Of a stretch of DNA of 64,000 nt, positions 35,290-47,353 are shown piece by piece; position 1 is the first letter of the stretch, and every line of letters starts with the position of its first letter. Location: NCBI RefSeq assembly GCF_003790525.1, contig NZ_CP033635.1; one strand, 5' to 3'. The DNA comes from Escherichia coli. GTDB lineage: Bacteria > Pseudomonadota > Gammaproteobacteria > Enterobacterales > Enterobacteriaceae. The notes beneath the pieces are model-generated. The model ran no database searches. It worked only from the letters and a program-made list of their open reading frames with translations, and was not told where the DNA came from. A program made the position numbers and the translations under genes.

Positions 35290-35320
35290 GCCATTTTTAT
35301 ACTTTTTTTACACCCCGCCC
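35290..35320 (+). promoter_or_regulatory. KdpE-binding site of the kdpFABC promoter
   Basis: CATTTTTATACTTTTTTTACACCCC about 75-100 bp upstream of kdpF, recognised as the T-rich KdpE operator. Confidence 0.6.
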
Positions 35321-35394
35321 GCAGATTTTTGCGAAATCTTTGCAGCCAGAATTCTACCCTTCCGATATCACTTTTAGGCCACTGGAGGTGCACT

Positions 35395-35484
35395 GTGAGT
35401 GCAGGCGTGATAGCCGGCGTGTTGCTGGTGTTTTTATTACTGGGTTATCTGGTTTATGCCCTGATCAATGCGGAGGCGTTCTGA
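35395..35484 (+). CDS. kdpF: potassium-transporting ATPase subunit F
   Basis: GTG-initiated 29-codon ORF ([28 protein letters not shown]); its stop overlaps the kdpA ATG. Confidence 0.85.
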   Translation: MSAGVIAGVLLVFLLLGYLVYALINAEAF

Positions 35485-37157
35485 TGGCTGCGCAAGGGTT
35501 CTTACTGATTGCCACGTTTTTACTGGTGTTAATGGTGCTGGCACGTCCTTTAGGCAGCGGGCTGGCGCGGCTGATTAATGATATTCCTCTTCCTGGCACG
35601 ACGGGCGTTGAACGCGTACTCTTTAGCGCGCTTGGCGTCTCTGACCGCGAGATGAACTGGAAGCAGTATCTCTCTGCCATTCTCGGCCTGAACATGCTGG
35701 GGCTGGCGGTGCTGTTTTTTATGTTGCTCGGTCAGCACTATCTGCCGCTTAATCCACAGCAGTTGCCAGGGCTGTCATGGGATCTGGCGCTGAATACCGC
35801 CGTCAGCTTTGTCACCAATACCAACTGGCAATCTTATAGCGGTGAAACCACGTTGAGCTATTTCAGCCAGATGGCGGGCTTAACGGTGCAAAACTTTCTT
35901 TCTGCCGCCAGCGGGATTGCGGTGATTTTTGCCTTCATCCGTGCATTTACCCGCCAGAGCATGAGCACACTCGGGAATGCCTGGGTCGATCTGCTACGCA
36001 TCACGTTATGGGTGCTAGTCCCTGTGGCGTTGTTGATCGCACTGTTTTTTATTCAACAAGGTGCGCTGCAAAACTTTCTGCCCTATCAGGCGGTGAATAC
36101 CGTTGAAGGAGCGAAACAGCTGTTACCAATGGGTCCGGTGGCTTCTCAGGAAGCGATCAAGATGCTCGGCACTAACGGTGGTGGCTTCTTTAATGCCAAC
36201 TCGTCGCATCCATTTGAAAACCCAACCACACTGACCAACTTCGTGCAGATGCTGGCGATCTTCTTGATCCCAACAGCGCTGTGCTTTGCCTTTGGTGAAG
36301 TGGCGGGCGATCGCCGCCAGGGGCGCATGTTGCTGTGGGCGATGTCAGTGATTTTTGTCATCTGCGTAGGCGTAGTGATGTGGGCAGAAGTTCAGGGTAA
36401 TCCTCATCTGCTGGCGCTCGGCGCGGACAGCAGCATCAATATGGAAGGTAAAGAGAGCCGTTTCGGCGTGCTGGTCAGTAGCCTGTTTGCGGTCGTGACT
36501 ACGGCGGCTTCCTGCGGCGCGGTGATTGCGATGCATGATTCGTTTACCGCTCTTGGTGGCATGGTGCCGATGTGGTTGATGCAAATTGGTGAAGTGGTAT
36601 TCGGCGGCGTCGGTTCCGGCCTTTACGGCATGATGCTGTTTGTCCTGCTGGCGGTGTTTATTGCCGGGCTGATGATTGGTCGTACACCGGAATATCTGGG
36701 TAAAAAAATCGACGTACGCGAGATGAAACTGACTGCACTGGCGATTCTGGTCACCCCGACGCTGGTGCTGATGGGCGCGGCTCTGGCAATGATGACCGAC
36801 GCCGGACGTAGCGCCATGCTCAACCCTGGCCCGCATGGTTTTAGCGAAGTGCTGTACGCCGTGTCGTCCGCCGCTAACAACAACGGCAGCGCCTTTGCCG
36901 GATTAAGCGCCAACTCTCCGTTCTGGAACTGTTTACTGGCGTTCTGCATGTTTGTCGGTCGCTTCGGGGTGATTATCCCGGTGATGGCGATTGCCGGTTC
37001 GCTGGTGAGTAAAAAGAGCCAGCCCGCCAGCTCCGGTACACTGCCTACGCACGGCCCGCTGTTTGTTGGCCTGTTAATCGGCACCGTGTTGCTGGTTGGC
37101 GCACTGACCTTTATCCCTGCCCTGGCGCTTGGTCCGGTGGCGGAATATCTCTCCTGA
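35484..37157 (+). CDS. kdpA: potassium-transporting ATPase K+-binding subunit A
   Basis: Start set at [14 protein letters not shown], giving 557 aa. Confidence 0.95.
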   Translation: MAAQGFLLIATFLLVLMVLARPLGSGLARLINDIPLPGTTGVERVLFSALGVSDREMNWKQYLSAILGLNMLGLAVLFFMLLGQHYLPLNPQQLPGLSWDLALNTAVSFVTNTNWQSYSGETTLSYFSQMAGLTVQNFLSAASGIAVIFAFIRAFTRQSMSTLGNAWVDLLRITLWVLVPVALLIALFFIQQGALQNFLPYQAVNTVEGAKQLLPMGPVASQEAIKMLGTNGGGFFNANSSHPFENPTTLTNFVQMLAIFLIPTALCFAFGEVAGDRRQGRMLLWAMSVIFVICVGVVMWAEVQGNPHLLALGADSSINMEGKESRFGVLVSSLFAVVTTAASCGAVIAMHDSFTALGGMVPMWLMQIGEVVFGGVGSGLYGMMLFVLLAVFIAGLMIGRTPEYLGKKIDVREMKLTALAILVTPTLVLMGAALAMMTDAGRSAMLNPGPHGFSEVLYAVSSAANNNGSAFAGLSANSPFWNCLLAFCMFVGRFGVIIPVMAIAGSLVSKKSQPASSGTLPTHGPLFVGLLIGTVLLVGALTFIPALALGPVAEYLS

Positions 37158-37179
37158 TGATATTGAGTGAGCACTGAAT

Positions 37180-39228
37180 ATGAGTCGTAAACAACTGGCG
37201 CTATTCGAACCAACACTTGTCGTTCAGGCGCTGAAAGAAGCGGTGAAAAAATTAAACCCGCAGGCGCAATGGCGCAATCCGGTGATGTTTATCGTCTGGA
37301 TCGGCAGTCTGCTGACCACCTTTATTAGCATCGCAATGGCAAGCGGCGCGATGCCTGGCAATGCGCTGTTTAGCGCGGCAATTAGCGCATGGCTGTGGGT
37401 CACCGTACTGTTCGCTAATTTCGCCGAGGCGCTGGCTGAAGGCCGCAGTAAAGCGCAGGCCAACAGTCTGAAAGGTGTAAAAAAAACCGCCTTTGCCCGC
37501 AAGCTGCGTGAGCCGAAATATGGCGCTGCGGCGGACAAAGTACCTGCCGATCAACTGCGTAAAGGCGATATCGTACTGGTAGAAGCTGGCGATATTATCC
37601 CCTGCGATGGTGAAGTTATTGAAGGGGGGGCATCGGTCGATGAAAGCGCCATCACCGGGGAATCGGCACCGGTGATCCGTGAATCCGGCGGCGATTTTGC
37701 CTCCGTCACTGGCGGTACGCGTATTCTTTCTGACTGGCTGGTGATTGAGTGCAGCGTTAACCCCGGCGAGACATTTCTGGATCGGATGATCGCGATGGTG
37801 GAAGGCGCGCAGCGACGCAAAACGCCAAACGAGATTGCCCTGACCATTCTCCTGATTGCCCTGACTATCGTCTTTTTACTGGCAACCGCCACGCTGTGGC
37901 CGTTTTCCGCGTGGGGCGGTAATGCAGTCAGCGTAACGGTACTGGTGGCGCTGCTGGTCTGTCTGATCCCAACGACCATTGGCGGTCTGTTGTCAGCGAT
38001 CGGCGTCGCCGGGATGAGTCGGATGCTGGGCGCGAATGTGATTGCCACCAGCGGACGTGCAGTTGAAGCGGCAGGTGACGTTGACGTTCTGCTACTGGAT
38101 AAAACCGGCACCATCACACTTGGTAACCGTCAGGCGTCGGAGTTTATCCCTGCGCAGGGCGTGGATGAAAAAACGCTGGCTGACGCCGCACAACTGGCTT
38201 CGCTGGCTGATGAAACGCCGGAAGGCCGCAGTATTGTGATCCTCGCCAAGCAGCGTTTTAACCTGCGTGAGCGCGATGTGCAGTCGCTTCACGCCACCTT
38301 TGTACCGTTTACTGCGCAAAGCCGGATGAGCGGGATCAACATCGACAACCGCATGATCCGTAAAGGTTCTGTCGATGCCATTCGCCGCCATGTTGAGGCT
38401 AACGGCGGTCACTTCCCTGCCGACGTCGATCAAAAAGTCGATCAGGTTGCGCGTCAGGGAGCCACGCCGCTGGTGGTGGTGGAAGGTTCTCGTGTGCTGG
38501 GCGTTATTGCGCTGAAAGATATCGTCAAAGGCGGTATTAAAGAGCGCTTCGCCCAACTGCGCAAAATGGGCATTAAAACGGTGATGATTACCGGTGATAA
38601 CCGTCTGACTGCCGCCGCGATAGCTGCGGAAGCGGGTGTCGATGATTTTCTCGCCGAAGCGACACCGGAGGCCAAGCTGGCATTGATTCGTCAGTATCAG
38701 GCGGAAGGCCGTTTGGTGGCGATGACCGGCGACGGCACCAACGATGCTCCGGCGCTGGCGCAGGCAGATGTCGCGGTGGCGATGAACTCTGGTACTCAGG
38801 CGGCGAAAGAAGCGGGCAATATGGTGGATCTCGACTCCAACCCGACCAAGTTGATCGAGGTGGTACATATTGGCAAACAGATGCTGATGACCCGTGGCTC
38901 GCTGACCACCTTCAGCATTGCCAACGATGTGGCGAAATACTTCGCCATTATTCCGGCGGCGTTCGCGGCAACGTATCCGCAGTTAAATGCGCTGAACATC
39001 ATGCGCCTGCATTCGCCCGACTCCGCCATTCTCAGTGCGGTGATTTTCAACGCCTTGATTATCGTCTTTTTGATTCCCCTGGCGTTAAAAGGCGCGAGTT
39101 ATAAACCGCTTACCGCTTCTGCCATGTTGCGCCGTAACTTATGGATTTACGGTCTGGGTGGGCTGCTGGTGCCGTTTATTGGTATCAAAGTCATTGATTT
39201 ACTGCTAACCGTTTGCGGTCTGGTGTGA
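37180..39228 (+). CDS. kdpB: potassium-transporting P-type ATPase catalytic subunit B
   Basis: 682-aa translation with P-type ATPase motifs ([18 protein letters not shown]). Confidence 0.97.
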   Translation: MSRKQLALFEPTLVVQALKEAVKKLNPQAQWRNPVMFIVWIGSLLTTFISIAMASGAMPGNALFSAAISAWLWVTVLFANFAEALAEGRSKAQANSLKGVKKTAFARKLREPKYGAAADKVPADQLRKGDIVLVEAGDIIPCDGEVIEGGASVDESAITGESAPVIRESGGDFASVTGGTRILSDWLVIECSVNPGETFLDRMIAMVEGAQRRKTPNEIALTILLIALTIVFLLATATLWPFSAWGGNAVSVTVLVALLVCLIPTTIGGLLSAIGVAGMSRMLGANVIATSGRAVEAAGDVDVLLLDKTGTITLGNRQASEFIPAQGVDEKTLADAAQLASLADETPEGRSIVILAKQRFNLRERDVQSLHATFVPFTAQSRMSGINIDNRMIRKGSVDAIRRHVEANGGHFPADVDQKVDQVARQGATPLVVVEGSRVLGVIALKDIVKGGIKERFAQLRKMGIKTVMITGDNRLTAAAIAAEAGVDDFLAEATPEAKLALIRQYQAEGRLVAMTGDGTNDAPALAQADVAVAMNSGTQAAKEAGNMVDLDSNPTKLIEVVHIGKQMLMTRGSLTTFSIANDVAKYFAIIPAAFAATYPQLNALNIMRLHSPDSAILSAVIFNALIIVFLIPLALKGASYKPLTASAMLRRNLWIYGLGGLLVPFIGIKVIDLLLTVCGLV

Positions 39229-39236
39229 GGTTTACC

Positions 39237-39809
39237 ATGAGTGGATTACGTCCGGCATTATCGACATTTCTCTTTCTGTTATTGATTACTGGCGGCGTTT
39301 ACCCGCTGCTGACCACCGCGCTGGGGCAATGGTGGTTTCCCTGGCAGGCCAACGGTTCGTTGATTCGTGAAGGTGATACGGTGCGCGGTTCGGCATTGAT
39401 CGGGCAGAATTTTACTGGCAACGGCTATTTTCATGGTCGCCCGTCGGCAACGGCAGAAATGCCCTATAATCCACAGGCTTCTGGCGGGAGCAATCTGGCG
39501 GTCAGTAACCCTGAGCTGGATAAACTAATAGCCGCACGCGTTGCTGCATTACGGGCCGCTAACCCGGATGCCAGCGCGAGCGTTCCGGTTGAGCTGGTGA
39601 CGGCATCGGCAAGCGGGCTGGACAATAATATCACCCCGCAAGCGGCGGCATGGCAGATCCCACGCGTGGCGAAAGCGCGTAATCTCAGCGTTGAACAGCT
39701 CACGCAACTGATCGCAAAATACAGCCAACAACCGCTGGTGAACTATATCGGCCAGCCGGTCGTCAACATTGTCGAACTCAATCTGGCGCTGGATAAGCTT
39801 GATGAATAA
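39237..39809 (+). CDS. kdpC: potassium-transporting ATPase subunit C
   Basis: Start set at [17 protein letters not shown], giving 190 aa. Confidence 0.93.
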   Translation: MSGLRPALSTFLFLLLITGGVYPLLTTALGQWWFPWQANGSLIREGDTVRGSALIGQNFTGNGYFHGRPSATAEMPYNPQASGGSNLAVSNPELDKLIAARVAALRAANPDASASVPVELVTASASGLDNNITPQAAAWQIPRVAKARNLSVEQLTQLIAKYSQQPLVNYIGQPVVNIVELNLALDKLDE

Positions 39810-42486
39810 CGAACCCTTACGTCCCGACCCCGATCGTCTGCTGGAACAAACTGCCGCGCCGCATCGGGGGAAGCTGAAAGTTTTCTTCGGTGCCTGCGCA
39901 GGCGTCGGGAAGACCTGGGCGATGCTGGCAGAAGCCCAGCGACTGCGGGCGCAAGGGCTGGATATTGTGGTTGGCGTGGTAGAAACCCACGGGCGGAAAG
40001 ATACCGCCGCAATGCTGGAAGGGCTGGCTGTTCTGCCGTTAAAACGCCAGGCGTACCGTGGGCGGCACATCAGCGAGTTTGATCTCGATGCCGCCCTCGC
40101 CCGCCGTCCGGCACTGATCTTAATGGACGAACTGGCGCACAGTAATGCGCCAGGTTCTCGTCATCCCAAACGCTGGCAGGATATTGAAGAACTGCTGGAA
40201 GCTGGCATTGATGTTTTCACTACCGTCAACGTTCAGCATCTGGAAAGTCTGAATGATGTGGTCAGCGGCGTCACCGGAATTCAGGTACGGGAAACCGTGC
40301 CCGATCCTTTTTTTGATGCCGCCGACGACGTAGTACTGGTGGACTTGCCCCCGGACGATCTGCGCCAGCGACTGAAAGAAGGCAAAGTCTATATTGCCGG
40401 GCAGGCGGAGCGCGCCATTGAACATTTTTTTCGTAAAGGTAATCTGATCGCCCTGCGCGAACTGGCACTGCGCCGTACTGCCGATCGCGTTGATGAGCAA
40501 ATGCGCGCCTGGCGGGGGCATCCTGGCGAAGAGAAAGTCTGGCACACGCGCGACGCGATCCTTTTATGCATCGGGCATAACACCGGCAGCGAAAAACTGG
40601 TCCGCGCGGCGGCGCGGCTGGCGTCACGGCTGGGAAGCGTCTGGCACGCGGTGTATGTTGAAACCCCTGCCCTGCACCGCTTACCGGAGAAAAAACGTCG
40701 GGCAATTCTCAGCGCCTTACGTCTGGCGCAGGAGCTGGGCGCAGAGACGGCAACACTTTCTGATCCAGCGGAAGAGAAAGCGGTAGTGCGTTATGCCCGT
40801 GAACATAATCTCGGCAAGATTATTCTCGGTCGCCCAGCCTCGCGCCGCTGGTGGCGTCGGGAAACGTTTGCTGACCGACTGGCGCGAATCGCCCCCGATC
40901 TCGATCAGGTGCTGGTCGCGCTTGATGAACCACCCGCCCGCACGATAAACAACGCGCTGGATAGCCGCTCTTTTAAAGACAAGTGGCGGGTACAGATTCA
41001 GGGATGCGTGGTTGCCGCCGCGTTATGCGCCGTTATCACCTTAATTGCCATGCAGTGGCTGATGGCGTTTGATGCCGCCAACCTGGTGATGCTGTATCTG
41101 CTTGGCGTGGTGATGGTGGCGCTATTTTATGGACGCTGGCCTTCAGTGGTTGCCACCGTCATTAATGTGGTGAGTTTCGATCTCTTTTTTATCGCCCCAC
41201 GCGGCACGCTCGCCGTCTCTGATGTGCAATATCTACTGACCTTCGCGGTGATGTTAACCGTCGGGCTGGTGATCGGGAACCTTACTGCGGGCGTGCGTTA
41301 TCAGGCGCGGGTAGCCCGTTACCGCGAGCAACGCACACGGCACTTATATGAAATGTCGAAAGCTCTGGCTGTGGGCCGCAGTCCGCAGGACATCGCCGCC
41401 ACCAGCGAACAATTTATTGCCTCCACGTTTCATGCCCGCAGTCAGGTGCTGTTACCCGATGACAACGGTAAATTGCAGCCGTTAACACATCCGCAAGGAA
41501 TGACGCCGTGGGACGATGCCATCGCGCAGTGGAGTTTTGATAAAGGCCTGCCTGCGGGCGCGGGCACCGACACGTTACCCGGTGTACCGTACCAGATTTT
41601 GCCGCTAAAAAGCGGCGAGAAAACCTACGGACTGGTGGTGGTGGAACCGGGGAATCTGCGTCAATTGATGATCCCGGAACAGCAGCGCCTGCTGGAGACG
41701 TTTACGCTGTTAGTCGCCAATGCCCTTGAGCGGCTGACGCTGACCGCCAGCGAAGAACAGGCGCGGATGGCAAGCGAACGAGAACAGATCCGCAACGCCC
41801 TGCTGGCGGCACTTTCGCATGATTTACGCACGCCGCTTACGGTGCTGTTCGGTCAGGCAGAAATCTTAACGCTCGATCTGGCAAGCGAAGGATCGCCCCA
41901 CGCCCGCCAGGCCAGCGAGATTCGCCAGCATGTGCTGAACACGACCCGACTGGTGAATAATCTACTGGATATGGCGCGAATTCAGTCCGGCGGCTTTAAT
42001 TTGAAGAAAGAGTGGTTAACGCTGGAAGAAGTGGTCGGCAGCGCGCTGCAAATGCTGGAACCGGGTTTATCGTCGCCCATCAATCTTTCTCTGCCAGAAC
42101 CGCTGACCTTAATCCACGTTGACGGGCCACTGTTTGAACGGGTGCTGATTAATCTGCTGGAGAACGCGGTGAAATACGCGGGTGCGCAGGCCGAAATTGG
42201 TATCGATGCCCACGTTGAGGGCGAAAATCTACAACTGGATGTCTGGGATAATGGCCCCGGTCTTCCACCAGGCCAGGAGCAGACGATTTTCGATAAGTTT
42301 GCTCGTGGAAATAAAGAGTCGGCGGTGCCGGGGGTAGGGCTTGGGCTGGCAATTTGTCGGGCGATTGTGGATGTACACGGCGGCACCATTACCGCGTTCA
42401 ACCGACCGGAAGGTGGTGCCTGTTTTCGTGTTACACTTCCCCAGCAAACTGCCCCTGAACTTGAAGAATTTCATGAGGATATGTGA
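39802..42486 (+). CDS. kdpD: sensor histidine kinase KdpD
   Basis: Start set at [14 protein letters not shown], giving 894 aa; overlaps the kdpC end. Confidence 0.95.
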   Translation: MNNEPLRPDPDRLLEQTAAPHRGKLKVFFGACAGVGKTWAMLAEAQRLRAQGLDIVVGVVETHGRKDTAAMLEGLAVLPLKRQAYRGRHISEFDLDAALARRPALILMDELAHSNAPGSRHPKRWQDIEELLEAGIDVFTTVNVQHLESLNDVVSGVTGIQVRETVPDPFFDAADDVVLVDLPPDDLRQRLKEGKVYIAGQAERAIEHFFRKGNLIALRELALRRTADRVDEQMRAWRGHPGEEKVWHTRDAILLCIGHNTGSEKLVRAAARLASRLGSVWHAVYVETPALHRLPEKKRRAILSALRLAQELGAETATLSDPAEEKAVVRYAREHNLGKIILGRPASRRWWRRETFADRLARIAPDLDQVLVALDEPPARTINNALDSRSFKDKWRVQIQGCVVAAALCAVITLIAMQWLMAFDAANLVMLYLLGVVMVALFYGRWPSVVATVINVVSFDLFFIAPRGTLAVSDVQYLLTFAVMLTVGLVIGNLTAGVRYQARVARYREQRTRHLYEMSKALAVGRSPQDIAATSEQFIASTFHARSQVLLPDDNGKLQPLTHPQGMTPWDDAIAQWSFDKGLPAGAGTDTLPGVPYQILPLKSGEKTYGLVVVEPGNLRQLMIPEQQRLLETFTLLVANALERLTLTASEEQARMASEREQIRNALLAALSHDLRTPLTVLFGQAEILTLDLASEGSPHARQASEIRQHVLNTTRLVNNLLDMARIQSGGFNLKKEWLTLEEVVGSALQMLEPGLSSPINLSLPEPLTLIHVDGPLFERVLINLLENAVKYAGAQAEIGIDAHVEGENLQLDVWDNGPGLPPGQEQTIFDKFARGNKESAVPGVGLGLAICRAIVDVHGGTITAFNRPEGGACFRVTLPQQTAPELEEFHEDM

Positions 42487-43160
42487 CAAACGTTCTGATT
42501 GTTGAAGATGAACAGGCTATTCGTCGCTTTCTGCGCACGGCGCTGGAGGGCGACGGGATGCGCGTCTTTGAGGCCGAAACGCTGCAACGCGGCTTGCTGG
42601 AAGCGGCAACCCGTAAGCCAGATTTGATTATTCTCGATCTCGGCCTGCCCGATGGTGATGGGATTGAGTTTATCCGCGACCTGCGCCAGTGGAGCGCGGT
42701 GCCGGTGATTGTGCTTTCCGCACGCAGCGAAGAGAGCGACAAAATCGCCGCACTGGATGCCGGAGCGGATGATTACCTGAGTAAGCCGTTTGGCATTGGC
42801 GAATTGCAGGCCCGTCTGCGCGTCGCTTTACGCCGCCACTCCGCCACCACCGCGCCCGATCCGCTGGTGAAATTTTCCGATGTGACCGTCGATTTAGCCG
42901 CCCGCGTGATTCACCGGGGTGAGGAAGAGGTGCATCTCACGCCGATTGAATTCCGCCTGCTGGCCGTGCTGCTCAACAACGCCGGAAAAGTGCTCACCCA
43001 GCGCCAGTTACTCAATCAGGTGTGGGGACCAAACGCGGTCGAACACAGTCATTATTTGCGTATTTATATGGGGCATCTGCGACAAAAACTGGAGCAAGAT
43101 CCCGCCCGCCCCCGCCATTTCATTACTGAAACCGGTATTGGGTATCGGTTTATGCTTTGA
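42483..43160 (+). CDS. kdpE: response regulator KdpE (OmpR family)
   Basis: 225-aa translation; GTG start overlapping the kdpD stop. Confidence 0.93.
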   Translation: MTNVLIVEDEQAIRRFLRTALEGDGMRVFEAETLQRGLLEAATRKPDLIILDLGLPDGDGIEFIRDLRQWSAVPVIVLSARSEESDKIAALDAGADDYLSKPFGIGELQARLRVALRRHSATTAPDPLVKFSDVTVDLAARVIHRGEEEVHLTPIEFRLLAVLLNNAGKVLTQRQLLNQVWGPNAVEHSHYLRIYMGHLRQKLEQDPARPRHFITETGIGYRFML

Positions 43161-43197
43161 ATATTAATTTTAATACATCCTGCCTTTTATTAATTAA

Positions 43198-43226
43198 AGC
43201 CGTAATAATAAATACGGCTTTTTATC
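43198..43226 (+). terminator. intrinsic terminator downstream of kdpE
   Basis: Hairpin AGCCGTA-ATAATAAA-TACGGCT followed by TTTTTAT. Confidence 0.6.
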
Positions 43227-43393
43227 TTAAACAACACACAAAAATAACAATTCAATATTTTATATTACTGAGTAAAAAGTTCATCATTAAATAAATTAAG
43301 ATTGATCATTTTTTATTGATCACCTTCACAGTTCAACAGTATTTCCTGGATAGAATACCTTCACCTTCATTCACATCAGGAAAGGTAAATTAA

Positions 43394-43498
43394 ATGGAAA
43401 ATAACAGCCGCACTATGCCCCATATAAGGCGGACAACTCATATTATGAAGTTTGCTCATCGCAATAGCTTCGACTTTCACTTCTTCAATGCCCGTTAG
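43394..43498 (+). CDS. speFL: speF leader peptide (ornithine-sensing arrest peptide)
   Basis: 34-codon ORF MENNSRTMPHIRRTTHIMKFAHRNSFDFHFFNAR about 260 bp upstream of speF. Confidence 0.8.
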   Translation: MENNSRTMPHIRRTTHIMKFAHRNSFDFHFFNAR

Positions 43499-43755
43499 TC
43501 TACCGACTAAGGGCACTTCAGCGTACAGGTCTTCCTGACTCTCTGTATTACAGGCATATGCCTGTATTCCGCAGTGCTCATTCTCTGTTAACCCTTGTAT
43601 TATCAGCCACCGGACTGATAAGGGTTTCTGCATTCTGAAAAAAGCAAACTTCTGATTAATTTATCAGCGGGGTAACTTTGCTTTTTTTCCGGCACGATCG
43701 ATTTCTCATTCGAGAAATTGAGGACCTGCTATTACCAAAAATAAAGAGTTGGAAA

Positions 43756-45954
43756 ATGTCAAAATTAAAAATTGCGGTTAGTGATTCTTGCCCGGACTGT
43801 TTTACCACGCAGCGAGAATGTATCTATATTAATGAAAACAGTAATATCGATGTGGCGGCAATAGTTTTATCGCTCAACGATGTTACACGCGGAAAACTCG
43901 ATGAAATCGATGCCACGGGTTATGGCATCCCGGTATTTATTGCTACTGAAAATCAAGAACGTGTACCCGCAGAGTATTTGCCCCGTATTTCGGGTGTCTT
44001 TGAGAATTGCGAATCGCGACGAGAATTTTATGGTCGTCAGTTAGAAACCGCAGCCAGCCATTATGAAACTCAACTGCGCCCGCCCTTCTTCCGCGCACTG
44101 GTCGATTATGTCAATCAGGGTAACAGCGCGTTTAATTGCCCCGGTCATCAGGGCGGCGAATTTTTCCGTCGCCATCCGGCGGGGAATCAGTTTGTGGAAT
44201 ACTTTGGTGAGGCGCTGTTCCGTGCTGACTTGTGCAACGCGGATGTGGCAATGGGCGATCTGCTGATTCACGAAGGCGCGCCATGCATTGCACAGCAACA
44301 TGCGGCAAAAGTGTTTAATGCCGATAAAACATACTTCGTTCTAAATGGCACTTCATCTTCTAACAAAGTGGTTTTAAACGCCCTGTTAACACCGGGGGAT
44401 CTGGTGCTGTTTGACCGTAATAACCATAAATCTAATCACCACGGAGCGTTGCTACAGGCTGGCGCAACACCAGTTTATCTGGAAACCGCACGCAACCCGT
44501 ATGGCTTTATCGGTGGTATTGATGCCCACTGCTTCGAAGAAAATTACCTGCGCGAACTGATTACAGAAGTCGCACCGCAGCGGGCAAAAGAGGCGCGTCC
44601 TTTCCGCCTCGCCGTTATTCAGCTAGGCACTTACGACGGTACGATTTATAACGCCCGTCAGGTGGTGGATAAAATTGGTCATCTGTGTGACTACATCCTC
44701 TTTGACTCCGCATGGGTCGGCTATGAGCAGTTTATCCCGATGATGGCGGACTGTTCACCACTGTTGCTGGATCTTAATGAGAACGATCCGGGTATTCTGG
44801 TTACGCAATCTGTGCATAAACAGCAGGCTGGTTTTTCCCAGACTTCACAAATCCATAAAAAAGACAGCCATATCAAAGGGCAACAGCGTTATGTACCGCA
44901 CAAACGCATGAACAACGCCTTTATGATGCATGCCTCCACCAGCCCGTTCTATCCGCTGTTTGCCGCACTGGATATCAACGCCAAAATGCATGAAGGCGTC
45001 AGCGGTCGTAATATGTGGATGGATTGTGTGGTAAATGGCATTAATGCCCGCAAACTGATCCTCGATAACTGTCAGCATATTCGTCCATTCGTACCTGAAC
45101 TGGTGGATGGTAAACCCTGGCAGTCGTATGAAACAGCGCAAATTGCGGTTGATCTGCGCTTCTTCCAGTTTGTACCAGGTGAGCACTGGCATTCTTTTGA
45201 AGGCTATGCAGAGAATCAATACTTTGTCGATCCGTGCAAACTGTTGCTGACAACCCCAGGTATTGATGCACGTAACGGCGAATATGAAGCGTTCGGTGTA
45301 CCCGCGACGATTCTTGCTAACTTCCTGCGCGAAAATGGCGTAGTGCCGGAAAAATGCGATCTTAACTCCATCCTCTTTCTGCTGACTCCGGCAGAAGATA
45401 TGGCCAAACTTCAGCAACTTGCTGCTCTGCTGGTACGCTTCGAAAAACTGCTTGAGTCCGACGCGCCATTATCAGAAGTACTGCCTTCCATCTACAAACA
45501 GCATGAAGAGCGCTACACCGGTTATACCCTGCGTCAGTTGTGTCAGGAAATGCATGATTTGTATGCCCGTCACAACGTGAAACAACTGCAAAAAGAGATG
45601 TTTCGTAAGGAACACTTCCCACGTGTCAGCATGAATCCACAAGAAGCCAACTACGCCTATTTACGCGGTGAAGTGGAGCTGGTTCGTCTGCCGGATGCAG
45701 AAGGCCGTATCGCTGCAGAAGGTGCGCTTCCTTATCCTCCGGGAGTGCTGTGTGTTGTTCCGGGTGAAATCTGGGGTGGTGCTGTTCTGCGTTACTTCAG
45801 CGCTCTGGAAGAAGGGATCAACCTGCTGCCAGGTTTTGCACCGGAGCTTCAGGGTGTCTATATCGAAGAACATGATGGTCGTAAGCAAGTTTGGTGCTAT
45901 GTCATCAAGCCTCGTGGTGCGCAAAGCACCCTGCTGAAAGGGGAAAAATTATGA
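43756..45954 (+). CDS. speF: inducible ornithine decarboxylase
   Basis: Start set at MSKLKIAVSDSCPD, giving 732 aa. Confidence 0.96.
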   Translation: MSKLKIAVSDSCPDCFTTQRECIYINENSNIDVAAIVLSLNDVTRGKLDEIDATGYGIPVFIATENQERVPAEYLPRISGVFENCESRREFYGRQLETAASHYETQLRPPFFRALVDYVNQGNSAFNCPGHQGGEFFRRHPAGNQFVEYFGEALFRADLCNADVAMGDLLIHEGAPCIAQQHAAKVFNADKTYFVLNGTSSSNKVVLNALLTPGDLVLFDRNNHKSNHHGALLQAGATPVYLETARNPYGFIGGIDAHCFEENYLRELITEVAPQRAKEARPFRLAVIQLGTYDGTIYNARQVVDKIGHLCDYILFDSAWVGYEQFIPMMADCSPLLLDLNENDPGILVTQSVHKQQAGFSQTSQIHKKDSHIKGQQRYVPHKRMNNAFMMHASTSPFYPLFAALDINAKMHEGVSGRNMWMDCVVNGINARKLILDNCQHIRPFVPELVDGKPWQSYETAQIAVDLRFFQFVPGEHWHSFEGYAENQYFVDPCKLLLTTPGIDARNGEYEAFGVPATILANFLRENGVVPEKCDLNSILFLLTPAEDMAKLQQLAALLVRFEKLLESDAPLSEVLPSIYKQHEERYTGYTLRQLCQEMHDLYARHNVKQLQKEMFRKEHFPRVSMNPQEANYAYLRGEVELVRLPDAEGRIAAEGALPYPPGVLCVVPGEIWGGAVLRYFSALEEGINLLPGFAPELQGVYIEEHDGRKQVWCYVIKPRGAQSTLLKGEKL

Positions 45955-47270
45955 GTCAGGCTAAATCGAACAAGATGGGCGTCGTTCAGTTAACCATACT
46001 GACGATGGTCAACATGATGGGCTCCGGTATCATCATGCTGCCGACAAAGCTTGCCGAAGTTGGGACAATCTCAATTATCTCCTGGCTGGTGACAGCCGTA
46101 GGCTCAATGGCACTGGCGTGGGCATTCGCAAAATGCGGTATGTTCAGCCGTAAGGCAGGTGGTATGGGCGGTTATGCGGAGTATGCTTTCGGTAAATCCG
46201 GTAACTTTATGGCGAACTACACCTACGGTGTCTCGCTGCTGATTGCTAACGTCGCGATTGCTATTTCGGCGGTTGGTTACGGCACCGAACTGCTCGGCGC
46301 GAGTTTGTCGCCAGTGCAGATTGGTCTTGCGACCATCGGGGTGCTGTGGATTTGTACCGTGGCTAACTTCGGTGGTGCGCGCATTACCGGGCAAATCAGT
46401 AGCATTACTGTGTGGGGGGTAATCATTCCGGTCGTCGGTCTGTGCATTATCGGCTGGTTCTGGTTTAGCCCGACGCTGTACGCTAACTCATGGAACCCTC
46501 ATCATGTACCGTTCTTTAGCGCTGTAGGTTCCTCCATCGCCATGACGTTGTGGGCTTTCCTCGGTCTGGAGTCTGCCTGTGCCAACGCCGAAGTAGTGGA
46601 AAACCCGGAACGTAACGTGCCAATAGCAGTCCTTGGCGGTACGTTAGGTGCGGCAGTGATTTATATCGTCTCCACCAACGTGATTGCCGGGATTGTGCCC
46701 AATATGGAGCTGGCAAATTCAACGGCACCATTTGGCCTGGCCTTCGCACAGATGTTCACACCAGAAGTGGGTAAAGTCATTATGGCGCTGATGGTGATGT
46801 CCTGCTGCGGTTCACTGCTTGGCTGGCAGTTCACCATTGCCCAGGTGTTTAAATCTTCATCTGATGAAGGCTACTTCCCTAAAATTTTCTCCCGTGTAAC
46901 CAAAGTGGATGCACCGGTTCAGGGAATGTTGATCATTGTGATTATTCAGAGTGGATTGGCACTGATGACCATTAGCCCGTCACTGAACAGCCAGTTCAAC
47001 GTGCTGGTTAACCTGGCCGTGGTGACCAATATCATCCCGTATATTCTGTCGATGGCAGCATTAGTTATTATTCAGCAGGTCGCCAATGTGCCACCGTCAA
47101 AAGCGAAAGTAGCAAACTTTGTTGCCTTTGTTGGTGCGATGTACAGTTTCTATGCGCTGTACTCATCCGGGGAAGAAGCCATGCTGTACGGTTCCATCGT
47201 GACCTTCCTTGGTTGGACACTGTATGGTCTGGTATCTCCACGCTTTGAACTGAAAAATAAACACGGTTAA
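45951..47270 (+). CDS. potE: putrescine:ornithine antiporter
   Basis: Start set at MSQAKSNKMGVVQL, giving 439 aa; ATGA overlap with the speF stop. Confidence 0.96.
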   Translation: MSQAKSNKMGVVQLTILTMVNMMGSGIIMLPTKLAEVGTISIISWLVTAVGSMALAWAFAKCGMFSRKAGGMGGYAEYAFGKSGNFMANYTYGVSLLIANVAIAISAVGYGTELLGASLSPVQIGLATIGVLWICTVANFGGARITGQISSITVWGVIIPVVGLCIIGWFWFSPTLYANSWNPHHVPFFSAVGSSIAMTLWAFLGLESACANAEVVENPERNVPIAVLGGTLGAAVIYIVSTNVIAGIVPNMELANSTAPFGLAFAQMFTPEVGKVIMALMVMSCCGSLLGWQFTIAQVFKSSSDEGYFPKIFSRVTKVDAPVQGMLIIVIIQSGLALMTISPSLNSQFNVLVNLAVVTNIIPYILSMAALVIIQQVANVPPSKAKVANFVAFVGAMYSFYALYSSGEEAMLYGSIVTFLGWTLYGLVSPRFELKNKHG

Positions 47271-47286
47271 AAAAAGCGAAATAAAA

Positions 47287-47320
47287 AAGGGCGATTGAAT
47301 GATCGCCCTTTCTGTTTGTT
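47287..47320 (+). terminator. intrinsic terminator downstream of potE
   Basis: Hairpin GGGCGAT-TGAATG-ATCGCCC followed by TTTCTGTTTGTT. Confidence 0.65.
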
Positions 47321-47353
47321 GACAAAGAGTTCGTTATTTATGCCGCATCCGGC

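Noticed and set aside
43376-43633. 85-aa minus-strand ORF in the kdpE-speF intergenic region
   Set aside because: It overlaps, on the opposite strand, the 34-codon speFL leader ORF, which has a far better match to a known regulatory peptide.
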